A stretch of DNA of 64,000 nt from the NCBI GenBank assembly GCA_000091205.1, contig AP006500.2; one strand, given 5' to 3'. The notes beneath the pieces are model-generated. The model was not told the origin of the DNA, did not search any database, and saw nothing but the letters and a program-made list of their open reading frames with translations. The stretch is from Cyanidioschyzon merolae. Lineage: Eukaryota. Of this stretch, positions 50,788 to 61,823 are shown piece by piece. Positions within the stretch are counted from its first letter, which is position 1. The number at the start of each line of letters is the position of its first letter. The translations under genes were made by a program, and so were the position numbers.

Positions 50788-53700
50788 CACATGACGCGTG
50801 CACTAGGGCAACTGGACGACACAGCTGCAGCGCCCGACACGCTGAGGCGTCGGCATGCGCGCTACATTCCACAGATAGACTGGAGCGAGTCGCCTTTGGA
50901 AGCGTCGACGGACTCGTCGGCCTCCGAGTCGGATCGTGCAGTGCGCTCTGCAGCATCGGTCGTGTCAGTCGGCAGCAGTTACGGTACCGGTAATGGTGCA
51001 GGGCGCACAGCGCTCACGGATAGCATGGTAAGCGAACTGGTTGAGCAGTGGTCTCTGCGCAGGCCGCTGCAGGCGAGCGTCCAAAACTCGTCACCAGCTC
51101 GTCGGCACTGGAGCGAGGCTCGTCAGGTGGAGGTGTCGTACTTTATAGCGCCCGAGTTGTTTTCAAACCGGGACTTGAACTTGCGACCCGGCACGAGACA
51201 AGTCGGGTGTTGTCTTTCGTGCCTGCAGCGGCATGCTGAGAGTCAGCAAATCAACATACCGTGAATGTATTCGATGATCTTCACGAGTCTTTGCAGTCGC
51301 AGGGCCCGCTCGTTTTCATGTCGTGCATGGTACTTGCTGGCGCTACCATGACTGTGCAGACATCGCACGGTACTTGCGAGAAGGCACAAAGGCAGTAACG
51401 ACTGCGTTGATAGATGGTGGATCGCTGCAAAGTCCAAACCTGGCATTGCTCGCCTATAACAAGCAGCAGGCGAAATCGTCTGTAAGAGGCATGGGCAGAC
51501 GGAGCATTGCGAGGGAATGCGGACATTGGCAAAGCAAAATGAAAGCCAAGTCTATCCATCCTGTGATGCGTTGGATACATACCCAGCTGTTGCTGGAAGC
51601 GACGCTCGGTCTTGTCTTCTCGTAGTGCAGCAACCGCAAACGTGTACGGCCTGTTTGATAGCTGTTAACAAGGGTATGGTGCGCACCCTCTGGACGTTGG
51701 AGCTGGAAACGGCAGCGTATTCTCAAGACGACGACGGAAATGCGAGCCTCGCTCTGAAGGAGCGACCTCAACGGCACTCTTTTAGACTCCGAGTCGATAC
51801 CTCTCTTAAGCGGTCGCATAGAGGCTGCGAGAGAAAATCGCTGGACGTGTTCCCGGAATCCAGTGTTGGAACGGAAACGAGAAGTAGACGCCATCCTGCA
51901 GGTGCGTATCCCTGTGGGCATCGATGACCGTACCGATATGCCTTGGTGGGAGTGCGCGTTCACCGCGCCGCAGCGCACCGTTGGTGCAGTTCCAGTCGAC
52001 CAGAGCGCATGCGTCGCAGCGTGAGACCCCCGTGCACCGAGCTGAGCATCCGGAACCGCAACGTCCGTGATCCGGTATGCAGCATGCCCTGACAAGAACG
52101 CCTGATCCGATCTGCGCTAGTAACGGATGGATGTTTGGAGGACCCGTGCATCATCACGGGTAGCGTTCGACAGCATCGTGCATGCGTTTCGGTTCGCACT
52201 GAAACTGCAATGTAGCTGGGGCAACTGCTCGACGATAGCGACACACACGGGTCGGTAAACGTGCCGCGTGTTTCCCGAGTTTTGTTTATTTTGTATCTGA
52301 AACAGAGCATGGGGCGCTGCACGCTTCATGTGTAAATTCGGATGTAGCTTCTATGGATCTATCTTGATGACGGTCTGGGGATTTCTCCCGTACCATAGCT
52401 TGACGTGGAGCGCAGCAGGCGCCGACTTCTAAGGGGGTTCTGGAGCTTGCGCGGCATCCATCCAGCTGAACACCTATTTACGGCCTAAGATGGAGGAATC
52501 TAGCGGTGCTAGTTTGGGATGCGCAAAGGCTATCGGTTCATGCACCCGAGGCCTCATCTGCGGCTGTGCCAGATTGAAATGCGAAACTGCATTGCTTGCT
52601 CGGTTCTTTTCCGTCGTTTTCTCGCCCAGCCTCACGCGGTGTACATCCGCTACATTCGAAGCGGAGCAACAGCGGCTTACGAATGCACGCGTCGGTTCAG
52701 GATCCGGAGTCGTCTTGTCCGAGTGGCTCCTTGGACGCGTCACCGTTCCATTTCCGCATGCCATCGGAATCGAGATAGCTCGCGATGCCCCTGGAAACCA
52801 ATTCCAAAATTAACCGATACCATTCCCGAGTTCATACAATGAAGCTTCGAGCCTGCTCCTCTCGTTACGTTTTGCATGCTCAAATCACACACGCTCCAAG
52901 TATTCGATTTCTCTGTTTCAAGGTCGCTCGTGGGCGGAGCATGTGGCGCTCCGGCACCGACCACGAAAGAGAATCGGTGTCATCTGCTTGGCAGCTTGTT
53001 GACCAGCGTATACCGCAAATTCAGTCAACCTGTAACGTCAAATGAGAGAGATCGAATGCGTTCGAAAGACAGGTTCTCGCTTTTCTGTGGTCGTCGTCTA
53101 CGCGGGATTCTACAGTACCATGACGCCTCTGACAGCGTATGCTCCAGGATGCTCCAGTCGGTTGCGCTTGCCCGCAAGAGGTTTTCTGAGTCAGACCTGA
53201 CTCATCTACGGGATCGCATCCAGTGGAGCGTGTGGCATCGCTTTGCATGAGGCGAGCGTTGTCGGACGGGAGTCTCTCGACCTGTTCCCTGGTCTGGCGT
53301 CGCCTTCGAGGCCTTGGTGCATCATGGAAAACATCGCGCTCCACGAACCCGCTATCGAGTGGACCAGCGTGCGCTTCCACGCCCAGCAGACAGCGTCCTC
53401 GACGCTGGGAGCGCCCTGAGGAAGCCCCTGATCGTAGAGTACGGCACGAGACGCAGAGACGCGAGGCGGGTATCGAGGATAGCCTGCAGTGCCTGCCACG
53501 AGCGTGTACCGTGCGATGACGCAAGCGTTGACGCGCCACAGGGCAGCCTTCTCATGAAGACGTGTGGTCTGCATATCGTTAGACCTGAACGCAGCCACGT
53601 GTCGTCTCTGCGAAGGGCGTCTCCAGGTTGTCTGGCGAAAGGATGAGAGTGGCAAGCGAAACGTCGATCACAACTTTTGCCAGTGCACGGCATGCGTTGA

Positions 53701-54277
53701 CAACAATCGGCAGCTACGACACCGGGATTTGAACACCACCACCTATATCCATCGACTGCTATCGACGGAGCTGGCGGCAAAGGGGAGACCAGCGTGTTTA
53801 CACCCGCAGATTCGAGGAAACACAGGGAAACATTCTTGGGGAAAGAGGCCACAAACGCTGGTGCGCATAGGAATAGGACGAAACGAAAACCTCGGTGCGT
53901 ACGTCTTTATCAGTGGATCTGTTCTATCTGGTACTGGCGTGAATGCCAGGCCACCGCGCGGCACCTCCATTCCCTACACTGAGGCATACAAGCACGTCGC
54001 TTTGGGCGTGCTGAAGTCCGCTCTTCCCTGTCTCTTGGAAACAATGTTGCTCCGGGGTATTCTGGTTCCATGTATTGATCATCCATCAATAACAAAGCAG
54101 GTTTCCTGGTGATGCGCCTTCCACTACACCAAACCGGACAGTGCTCGCGTACAGTGTGCCACCTGAATGAACGCGAAAAGCTGGACCCCCTAGATATCGT
54201 TGGATGCACGAATCTCGCCCCTGCCTTTGCCAGCAAGTCTCGACCGGAGCCCATAGTGAATGGAAATTTCCGGAGTG

Positions 54278-54303
54278 TTGTTGTTGTTGTTGTTGTTGTT
54301 GTC
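54278..54303. repeat. (GTT)8 microsatellite
   Basis: The sequence gttgttgttgttgttgttgttgttgt is seen directly. Confidence 0.9.
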
Positions 54304-54745
54304 TGCTTCCAAGCTGTCCACAGCAACTGCGCATCCGGGTTGATCCAGTTTCCATGTATCCATCGTATGCCATTCAGAGCGTATCCTGGAGGCAGCGCGT
54401 GTCGGTCTCGGTCGTTTCAGTGCAGCGGCGTCCCGCCTCGGGGCGCTGGAGTCCCTTTCGTGCTTCGAGATCGACGCGTCTTATCACATGCATCCGGATG
54501 CAGCTATGGCGCCCACATCTAGAAAACGCAACGTCGTTTCACTCTAGACGCTTCTGAGATCCGCCGCCAGCTCCTGTTCAGAAGACTCCTATCTGACTGA
54601 GGCTCGATGGATGCAGCGACCCGCCGGTTGGCGAACTTCCCACGAGCGCCTGCTGCGATGCTGCTTGCGCCAACACTGCCACTGTTGGCGTACGGCGATG
54701 CACTGCGCTAATCCACGCTTCCTCGGGAGACGAATCATGCAACTT

Positions 54746-56557
54746 TCACGCTTCTTCACAGACGAGACGAAACTTTGCGAATACATAGGGGTAATGTGCC
54801 TGATACCAGTTCCGGAATGTCGAGCGAACGAGTGGAGTGCCCGTCGCCCACGAAGCCCCTTTGAGGACAAAATGCTTATCATCAAAAAAATCCGCCGAAT
54901 ATTCCGGATACAGCGGTGAAGGCTGGAAACGCTCTCGGTCCAGCGGCTCAAAGAGGGACTCGGTCCACTCCCAGCCGTTGCCAACGAGGTCACAGACACC
55001 CCATCGCGAGCAGTTCGGTGATTCATAGGTGCTAATCGGGCCCCAGTGCCGGAAGCCGTAATTCCCGTCAGCCGATGACTCCGAGGACTCGTCGCTATCG
55101 AGGGCGCTGTCGGGATAGGCACCTTCAGCGAGGTGCTGCCACTCGGCCTCGGTAGGCAGCCGCCATGTCGCTGCCGGGTGTCGCTGGTTTCCGAGCGCCC
55201 CAGAGACCCAGTTGGCAAAGGCGCGGGCCTCAGCCAGCGTCACATACACAGGCCAATGGTTTTCGACACAAGCGGGTTCCCCGAGCGCGTGCTCCCCCAG
55301 TCGACCGTCGGGGTGCACCACATAGCATGCGGGCCCGCTTTGCTGCTGTCCAGAGCGGTTCAGGGCACGCCAGAACTGCGGCCACTGTCGCCCAGATCTT
55401 GCACACCACTGCCGATCGCTTTCATTCAGCCAGTAGCGATCCAGTTCACGATAGCCACCGGCCTGAACAAAATACCAGTACTGTAAGTTCGTTACGGGGT
55501 ATCTCTGCACGAGTAGCGAGCGCGGAATCTTGCGCTGTACGCGAGGCAGCTCATTATCCCAGGCAAAACGCAGGTACGGTTCAATCACCTCGTGTGGGTT
55601 GCGTCCCAGAGAGACGATGCCGTCGCTCTCGACACGCTGCGTAGCGCCAAGCGGCGGGTACGACGAGTTCTGGTCCATAGGTAAAGCGTCGGCGCTGGCG
55701 AGACTCTGCATTTGCTGTCGATATTCGGATATCCAGAACGGTCGCATACAGTAGCCGTTCAGCTGATGGAGCATGTACAGGAGGGTTTCGGTGTGCATCC
55801 ACTCGTGTTCCGCGATGGTCATCAGCAGCGTGTAGCACGAGCTTGGCGGCAGCACCTGGTCGTCGACTGACTCGCTCCAGCGCCGTAAACGATAACTCAG
55901 ATCCTGCCGAATATAGTCTCGATAGGCAGCAACCTGAAAGACTGGAGGCCACTCTTCAGCGGTACTCGGCACCTGCGAGTGCCAGTGGCAGCGCGTGGGG
56001 TCGTCTACATCCGGATCCATGCCGCGCTCGAAAAGTTTCGCGAAAGTGCTCAACATCTCGAGTGTGAGCGGGGGTTGTATGGGCAGCGCGTCTTCAGGCA
56101 GCAGTCTTGAGTTGTAGCGGTTCCAGGCGAACGCTGGCAAATGACCCATGTAAAAGAGAAACGGATGCCGCAAGTCGATTGGTTTCAATAGCAGAATCTG
56201 GGTCACAGACGTAGCTGGGAAGGTTCCAAAGACAGCGTCTACCTGCTTCCAAGCTTCTGTTAGTGAAGCTAGAGCCGCCTCAATAGCGCGACGCTCTGAA
56301 AATAGCTTTCCCGTCTCGAGGGCGTGTTCCGAGTCAACGACGGGCAGACGCCCAACGCCCGAGAAAGGATTGAGCGGACGCCAGCCTCGCAACAGTGCTG
56401 GACGTGTCGTAGCGTCAAGCGTCCCGTCCAGTAGCGGCTCGTGAACTGCAGCAGTTGAATTCAGCATGGATAACCAAGAGTGGCCACCTGAAGCCGTGCC
56501 CAGCGATACGCACCGCACAGAATAGCAAAAAAGCTCCTCTGCTGCTTTTGGACGCAC
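54746..56557 (-). CDS. EgtB/OvoA-like sulfoxide synthase (N-terminal DinB_2-like domain plus C-terminal FGE-sulfatase/SUMF domain)
   Basis: The C-terminal half has the FGE-sulfatase signatures RLPTEAEWQHLAEG, GNGWEWTESLFEP and HFVLKGASWATGTPLVRSTFRNWYQAHYPYVFAKFRLV. The N-terminal half has a DinB/EgtB-type metal-binding region (ILLLKPIDLRHPFLFYMGHLPAFAWN...FERGMDPDVDDP). There is no C-terminal methyltransferase domain, so the protein is EgtB-like rather than full-length OvoA or fungal Egt1. Confidence 0.7.
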   Translation of the reverse strand: MRPKAAEELFCYSVRCVSLGTASGGHSWLSMLNSTAAVHEPLLDGTLDATTRPALLRGWRPLNPFSGVGRLPVVDSEHALETGKLFSERRAIEAALASLTEAWKQVDAVFGTFPATSVTQILLLKPIDLRHPFLFYMGHLPAFAWNRYNSRLLPEDALPIQPPLTLEMLSTFAKLFERGMDPDVDDPTRCHWHSQVPSTAEEWPPVFQVAAYRDYIRQDLSYRLRRWSESVDDQVLPPSSCYTLLMTIAEHEWMHTETLLYMLHQLNGYCMRPFWISEYRQQMQSLASADALPMDQNSSYPPLGATQRVESDGIVSLGRNPHEVIEPYLRFAWDNELPRVQRKIPRSLLVQRYPVTNLQYWYFVQAGGYRELDRYWLNESDRQWCARSGRQWPQFWRALNRSGQQQSGPACYVVHPDGRLGEHALGEPACVENHWPVYVTLAEARAFANWVSGALGNQRHPAATWRLPTEAEWQHLAEGAYPDSALDSDESSESSADGNYGFRHWGPISTYESPNCSRWGVCDLVGNGWEWTESLFEPLDRERFQPSPLYPEYSADFFDDKHFVLKGASWATGTPLVRSTFRNWYQAHYPYVFAKFRLVCEEA

Positions 56558-57314
56558 GAACGCTCGACTGGAGCAACGGCGGGCGCGCCCCCGTGGCGAT
56601 ATGTGCTCGTCGTGCGCAAGCGCCCGGCGACTACAGGCGACAGAAACGTGTGCGCTTGCGTTTCTAGGGAATGTTGCGCTTCGGGATATCGCTCAAGGAT
56701 GTGATGTGTCGACCAGTAGGATGGAAAGGGAGTGTCGAAGAAGCGCCAGCTTCGCCCGGCCGGAGATTCGCTTTACCGTTATGCATCGCAACACGAGTAC
56801 TCTATACGCTTGAGATCCTTCTTCTCGAATGAGAGGAGAGAGCGCTTCCACCGCTAATCCCAGCACTGCCACCATCCGAGCAGCGAGGTATCTGTGCAGT
56901 TCTCGATGCACCAGAGCGTCTGCCTGCACCCAAAGCGTGATGATCATAGCTCGCACTGAACAGCGCACAATGCACAGAATTCCGCCAAGTGATCCTGAAC
57001 ATGGCATTCGAGCTGCCTTTTCCAAGTCCAAGTGACGGCTTACATGCACGCACACGTAGGGTGACGCGTTTATCCGCCGCTCGCTCTCATGTATTCCAAT
57101 GAGAACACGACCACAGGATGCGCCATTCGGCCAGGGGTGGCTTTTCCATAAAACACCGCCGTCACACACAGTTCTTACCGCGACTCGACGCCTCAGCACC
57201 AACTAAGGCACTGTACCAGCCGAGCCGATAGCCACGAACAGTGAGCGGCAGACGTTTGTACAGCGCCTGCTCTGGGGTAGCGCCGCTCTGCACAGGCCGG
57301 CGAGGAAGCCCCAC

Positions 57315-57776
57315 TCATGCCGCTCCCGCAAGTCGCTCAGCGTAGATACGAGCAGCCTGTGTGTCCAGGTCCTGTCTCCCTTTCCGTGTGATGACGCGAC
57401 CGCCCGCTTCCTCGTCTCTAGCTACGAGTCCAAGCCTCTCCAGTTCTTGAAGACAATATCGGATAATTCCGCGCGACCCTGTGGCAAAATGAGACGGTCG
57501 CGGACCGTTCCTCTTCTTACCCCCGTACTTGCGGCTGTACGCTCCGACACCAAGATTTTGCCGCAAGTAAACCTGGCGCGCAAGAGCCGCCATTCGAACG
57601 TAGAGCCAGTCTCGATCTTGCGGTGGCATCTCACGCAGGGTACCCGTTTTCACGACGTCCATCCATTCCGGTTCGCGAACTTGACCCTGCTGTTTGAGGT
57701 GCGCTGCATAGGATCGAATCAGATGATCAGCTGGCACGTCTTTCAAGGTAATGCCAGACCTGGGCGCCATCACCAC
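57315..57776 (-). CDS. RPS19: 40S ribosomal protein S19 (eS19)
   Basis: It is a full-length match to the eS19 family: GITLKDVPADHLIRSYAAHLKQQGQVREPEWMDVVKTGTLREMPPQDRDWLYVRMAALARQVYLRQNLGVGAYSRKYGGKKRNGPRPSHFATGSRGIIRYCLQELERLGLV. Confidence 0.95.
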   Translation of the reverse strand: MVMAPRSGITLKDVPADHLIRSYAAHLKQQGQVREPEWMDVVKTGTLREMPPQDRDWLYVRMAALARQVYLRQNLGVGAYSRKYGGKKRNGPRPSHFATGSRGIIRYCLQELERLGLVARDEEAGGRVITRKGRQDLDTQAARIYAERLAGAA

Positions 57777-59089
57777 TCCACAGTCCGCTCGTTCGTCAGC
57801 GAAGAATACGGCTTGATCGCTGTGCTCGAGTGCGGGCCCTGTCGCATGACGGCGTCGACGGCAAGGTCAATCCTGTACGTTTACGGTATATCATGGACAA
57901 AATAGACACTCTGGTGCGACGCCTCCGAGGCTCGCCATGGCAGGCGTTTCGTGCAGCGCCTGCGCAGCGTCACCCTGCTGTCTGGCAACGACATGGGAAA
58001 TGCTTAGCGCCCAAAAACTCTGGCCTACCCGCCGGGCTTCTCCGGTATGTCGTTCGGCATCGCCAGTCGCAGGCCTGTTGATGCCGTTTCTAAGAGCGGC
58101 GGGATGTGCAGACGCATTGCGGTCCGGTGCGTACCGGCTCAAATGCGCATCGAGCCGACGCTTCCGATTACGGGGCGGGGCACTCGCCTGAACTGCGGCC
58201 ACTGCAGCGTATCTCGCGCCGCCGCGAAGCGCATATAGCAGACCTGGTATCCCTTCGGTCTCTGATTATATTTACGTCAACGTCTGCACGGAATATGACC
58301 CTGGGATACGCCGACTATGATCGCGTCTGTCGGGTAGCCGCGGTCGCTTGTGCTGCTCGAACTACCGGGCAGTTCCTACTGCACCCCTGTCAGTATAAAT
58401 GGAAGAGGTCCTGTAGTATGAGCGGAAACTTTCAATTTTGGGTCACGTATCAATGTCATCAGTACGAGTCTCTGTGAGCTTTTTCCGTGACTGTGTCTTT
58501 TCCTCTTTCAAATCTCCGGTTCTATATCCGGCGATCCCTCGACCTCCTCCAGCTCCAGTATCAGCAGGCGAAGGATGCAGGCTTTGACGTTCAAATCCTG
58601 CTTTCGCCACTTGCAGCAGTTGTCGATGCTCTGGATGCCCAGACGCTGGTTGCGATCTACGCTTTGCACGCCATTCTCTTCCTCTAGGTTTACAGCATCG
58701 GTGCGCTCTTCGCAAGGGTGGCACTTGGCTCTGGTCCGCTGTTGCCATACGTCCAGCACACCTTCTCCGGACGCTGTCCTGTGGCTTGTGAACGCTTGCT
58801 CCATCGCTCGATCTATGGCCTTGACGCGAATAGAAAAGTCGTCTCGATGCCGTGCACTGGTTCCGTGCCCAGTGCCGTACCGGCGGATCATGGGGTTCTT
58901 GTTCGCCATCCGCTATGCAAGTACGCCGTCGGCTGCATACTCAAAGGCACGCCGTTCGATTCAGTGGAGGATTTGCGGAACGCGATGTTGTCCGTGATGA
59001 AACAAATGCCGAAAAGAATATTCAGAATGGAGTACATGTCTGGAAATTTCTAACCGTCTTCGCTCCCTTCATACAAAGCCTTGACGCAC

Positions 59090-59250
59090 GTTCCGCTAGA
59101 AGCAATCATCATGATGACTCGCATCCGAGTCCAGGACCCTTTTCCATGCAAACAGAAGAGACGATATCCTCTGGTGCGCATCTTAGGGGAAGCATCATGC
59201 TGTCGATGACGCCAGTTTCGTCGATAGCCACAAGAAGAACAGGAGGGCTT
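59090..59250 (+). other. Copy B of the dispersed conserved upstream element (core ATGATGACTCGCATCCGAGTCCAGGACCCTTTTCCATGCAAACAGAAGAGACGATATCC), about 0.86 kb upstream of RPL21 in the same orientation
   Basis: It is the same element family as 13680-13760 (-) and 15421-15560 (+). Confidence 0.6.
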
Positions 59251-59968
59251 GTCTTTCGAACGAAATCTATCAATAATTCGACATCCCAAGTTCATGGAAT
59301 GCTTGGCATATGCTGGTGAACAAGTCGTCATCGGACGACAATCGAGTATTTTCTTCGTCAATGTAGCAGCGGGATCTGCTGCGCCCATCAGCTCCCCCGA
59401 AATACAAAGATCGGAAATTTGAAGCATGCATGGTTTCATCATTCTACACGTAAGGAAGTCAGAAGCGTGATGGCTTGTGCGTATGCACAGCGTCATGATA
59501 TGAGTTAGGCTATGAGCTCGAACTCAACGGCGTTATGCAGCATCTTGGACGACATTGACCTAACGAATTCGAGCTGCAAAGCGTCACACAAGGCACCCCT
59601 AAAAGAGAACCGAGCATCCTAGAACTTTGTATGCATCCGTAAGCCCAGAGTGCTACAGGGTGAATGTCGAGTCTGTATACCTGTAAAAAGGTTTCGAGGA
59701 AGAAACGCAAGACAGGAGTCGGGTGAGCGCTTGCGTGTCCCTTTTTCTCATCTGGAACAGATATGGACTTATCGATCCCATGCGGGGAACAGTTTGCTGC
59801 CGGACGCCGCGCCGCCCTGCAATTTGCACCAATCGGAATGTCCATGATTTCCAGGATCGACGCGGATCCGTGACGGCGCTCGCTGCGGCGTCGCTGCGCG
59901 CTGCGTCGTTCTCCGAAGGATGCCTTGCGGGAAGCGCTCTGCTGGTGCGGGACCTGGTGCAAGGGACC

Positions 59969-60457
59969 ATGGTGCGCTCACATGGACTGCGTAGTAACAC
60001 CCGCGACAAGTTCGCGAAACCGTTTCGAGGTCATGGGAAACCTTTGCCCTCCAAGTACTTGACCACCTACAAAGTCGGGGAGTACGTTGACATCGCAGCT
60101 GACTCGTCGATTCACAAGGGCATGCCGCACAAGTTCTACCACGGACGCACTGGGCGCGTGTTCGATGTAACACCGCGATCCATCGGGGTCGAGGTCAATA
60201 AGGAGGTGAACGGGCGGATCCTAGTGAAGCGCATTCACGTACGGGTTGAACACGTGCGACCGTCCCGCTGTCAGGAGGCTTTCAAGGCGCTCGTGCGAGC
60301 CCGGGACGCTGCGCGCAGAGCTGCACGAGCAGCCGGCGAGCCCAAGGTTATACACGAGAAGCGACAGCCTGCTGGCCCGCGACCTGCACGTGTCGTACAA
60401 GTGGGTGCAGGCGGTATCAAGCACCTGGAAGCAAAGCCGTATGAGTTCATCTGCTAG
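59969..60457 (+). CDS. RPL21: 60S ribosomal protein L21 (eL21)
   Basis: The Met at nt 59969 is followed by MVRSHGLRSNTRDKFAKPFRGHGKPLPSKYLTTYKVGEYVDIAADSSIHKGMPHKFYHGRTGRVFDVTPRSIGVEVNKEVNGRILVKRIHVRVEHVRPSRC, which matches eL21 (compare human [50 protein letters not shown]). The listed ORF starts at 59723, but its first 82 aa have no homology and are probably 5'UTR. Confidence 0.9.
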   Translation: MVRSHGLRSNTRDKFAKPFRGHGKPLPSKYLTTYKVGEYVDIAADSSIHKGMPHKFYHGRTGRVFDVTPRSIGVEVNKEVNGRILVKRIHVRVEHVRPSRCQEAFKALVRARDAARRAARAAGEPKVIHEKRQPAGPRPARVVQVGAGGIKHLEAKPYEFIC

Positions 60458-61388
60458 ACGTCGTGCTTGCAACCTGGCACCGCACCGGTGGCCGTGCACA
60501 CCGCTCAAGTCAACTACACTTGTGCGTTTTCTAAAGAGTAAGCGGCAGCTTGAGTATGCGCGAAACGGCAAGTCTGTGCTCGAGAACGAATCGATGACGA
60601 AGCGCAGACCTCATCCAAACGGACTCTTGGTCGTATATTTCGCAGGTAAACGATGATCATCGCATCTTGGTCCAGTATCGTTGTGCATTTCCAAAACGAA
60701 ATAGGTCGTGCCGGGCTCTTCTGCAACAGCTCACGATCCCAAAGTCGTCGTCTGCTTGCGCTAGCATAAAACGATACGCGACGCTTGGAAGACTCGCTCC
60801 CAGTGGGCACTGGAAGCGCTCCACAGGTGCCGCGACAACATCTATCCACCGCTTGCTGTTCTGGGACGCCATACGCACCGGTTACGTACCTCGAGCTTGC
60901 ATTCGTCCGAGAACCTCGATATCTCTCTGTACAACTGGACGCTTGCTCCCTACTTGCATGCAAGCAACCAGTGCTTGTGCAGCACCGCCAGCCGGAGCAT
61001 TCATGCACCCTGCGTATCGACTCGAGGCACTGGGAGCAAGCCTGCCAGCCAGCGAGCAAGCAGTCGAGAGACTGGGATTTTCTCGCATCGCAGATCGACT
61101 CATGGAACAGGTATTCTTCGGATGCGCCAATGCTGGCGACAGGCAGGGAAGCAACCAACCTACTTTCACAGACGCTTTTGGGTTGCACTGAACCAGGACT
61201 AGTCCTCGCATCGAGGACAGAGGTTCCATAGATCCAGCGACAGCCGCAGATCATTGGCGCTCCCACCGAGCGCCAATGATCTGCGGTATCGACTTGCTGG
61301 CACTTCAGGGTTCAGACACGAAAACTTACGAAACGTCGACTAGTTTCAAAGCCAGGGAACAGTTCATCGACCACTGAAGCTTAGGACT

Positions 61389-61823
61389 ATGTCCGTCTTG
61401 AGTTTCTGGACGGGCTTGATAGCGCTCGTACTGTTGGTGGTTCTCGTGCGACACCAGCAGCGACAGCGTTCCGCGAGACAGCCTGGGATGCGTCCGGAAC
61501 GACGCAACGAGCCTGCCTACGTCGCCAGTACGAAACCGGTGACCCACCAGGCGGCAAATATCGCGGTCAACCGAGCCGAAACACGAACAAAAACGGTGTA
61601 CACCACAGAGGAGGTTAGTAGACACTGCACACGCGAATCGCTTTGGCTCATCATCGACGGACGCGTCTACGACGTTACGAGTTACGTCGATCATCATCCT
61701 GGCGGTGACGCCATCTTCCGCAACGCTGGGCGAGATTCTTCGGCAGGGTTCCATGGAGACCAGCACCCAGAAAAGGTTAACGAAATAATACCCGATTTCT
61801 ATATCGGCGACTTGAAGCAGTGA
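61389..61823 (+). CDS. Cytochrome b5-like heme-binding protein with an N-terminal membrane anchor
   Basis: The cytochrome b5 heme-binding signature is EEVSRHCTRESLWLIIDGRVYDVTSYVDHHPGGDAIFRNAGRDSSAGFHGDQH, including HPGG. A hydrophobic N-terminus (FWTGLIALVLLVVLV) precedes the heme domain. Confidence 0.8.
   Translation: MSVLSFWTGLIALVLLVVLVRHQQRQRSARQPGMRPERRNEPAYVASTKPVTHQAANIAVNRAETRTKTVYTTEEVSRHCTRESLWLIIDGRVYDVTSYVDHHPGGDAIFRNAGRDSSAGFHGDQHPEKVNEIIPDFYIGDLKQ

Noticed and set aside
51150-51240. Reverse-complement tRNA-like motif gggacttgaac (similar to the RC of a T-loop)
   Set aside because: The flanking sequences do not form a 5-bp T-stem or an acceptor stem on either strand. The only pairing is ccggg...cccgg with a 16-nt loop. 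It is not a tRNA.
58508-58909. 133-aa minus-strand ORF (MANKNPMIRRYGTGHG...) between the two ribosomal-protein genes
   Set aside because: It is protein-like in places, but I could not match any family (RPS21, RPB10 and Sm folds were considered). I left it uncalled and it may deserve a database search.
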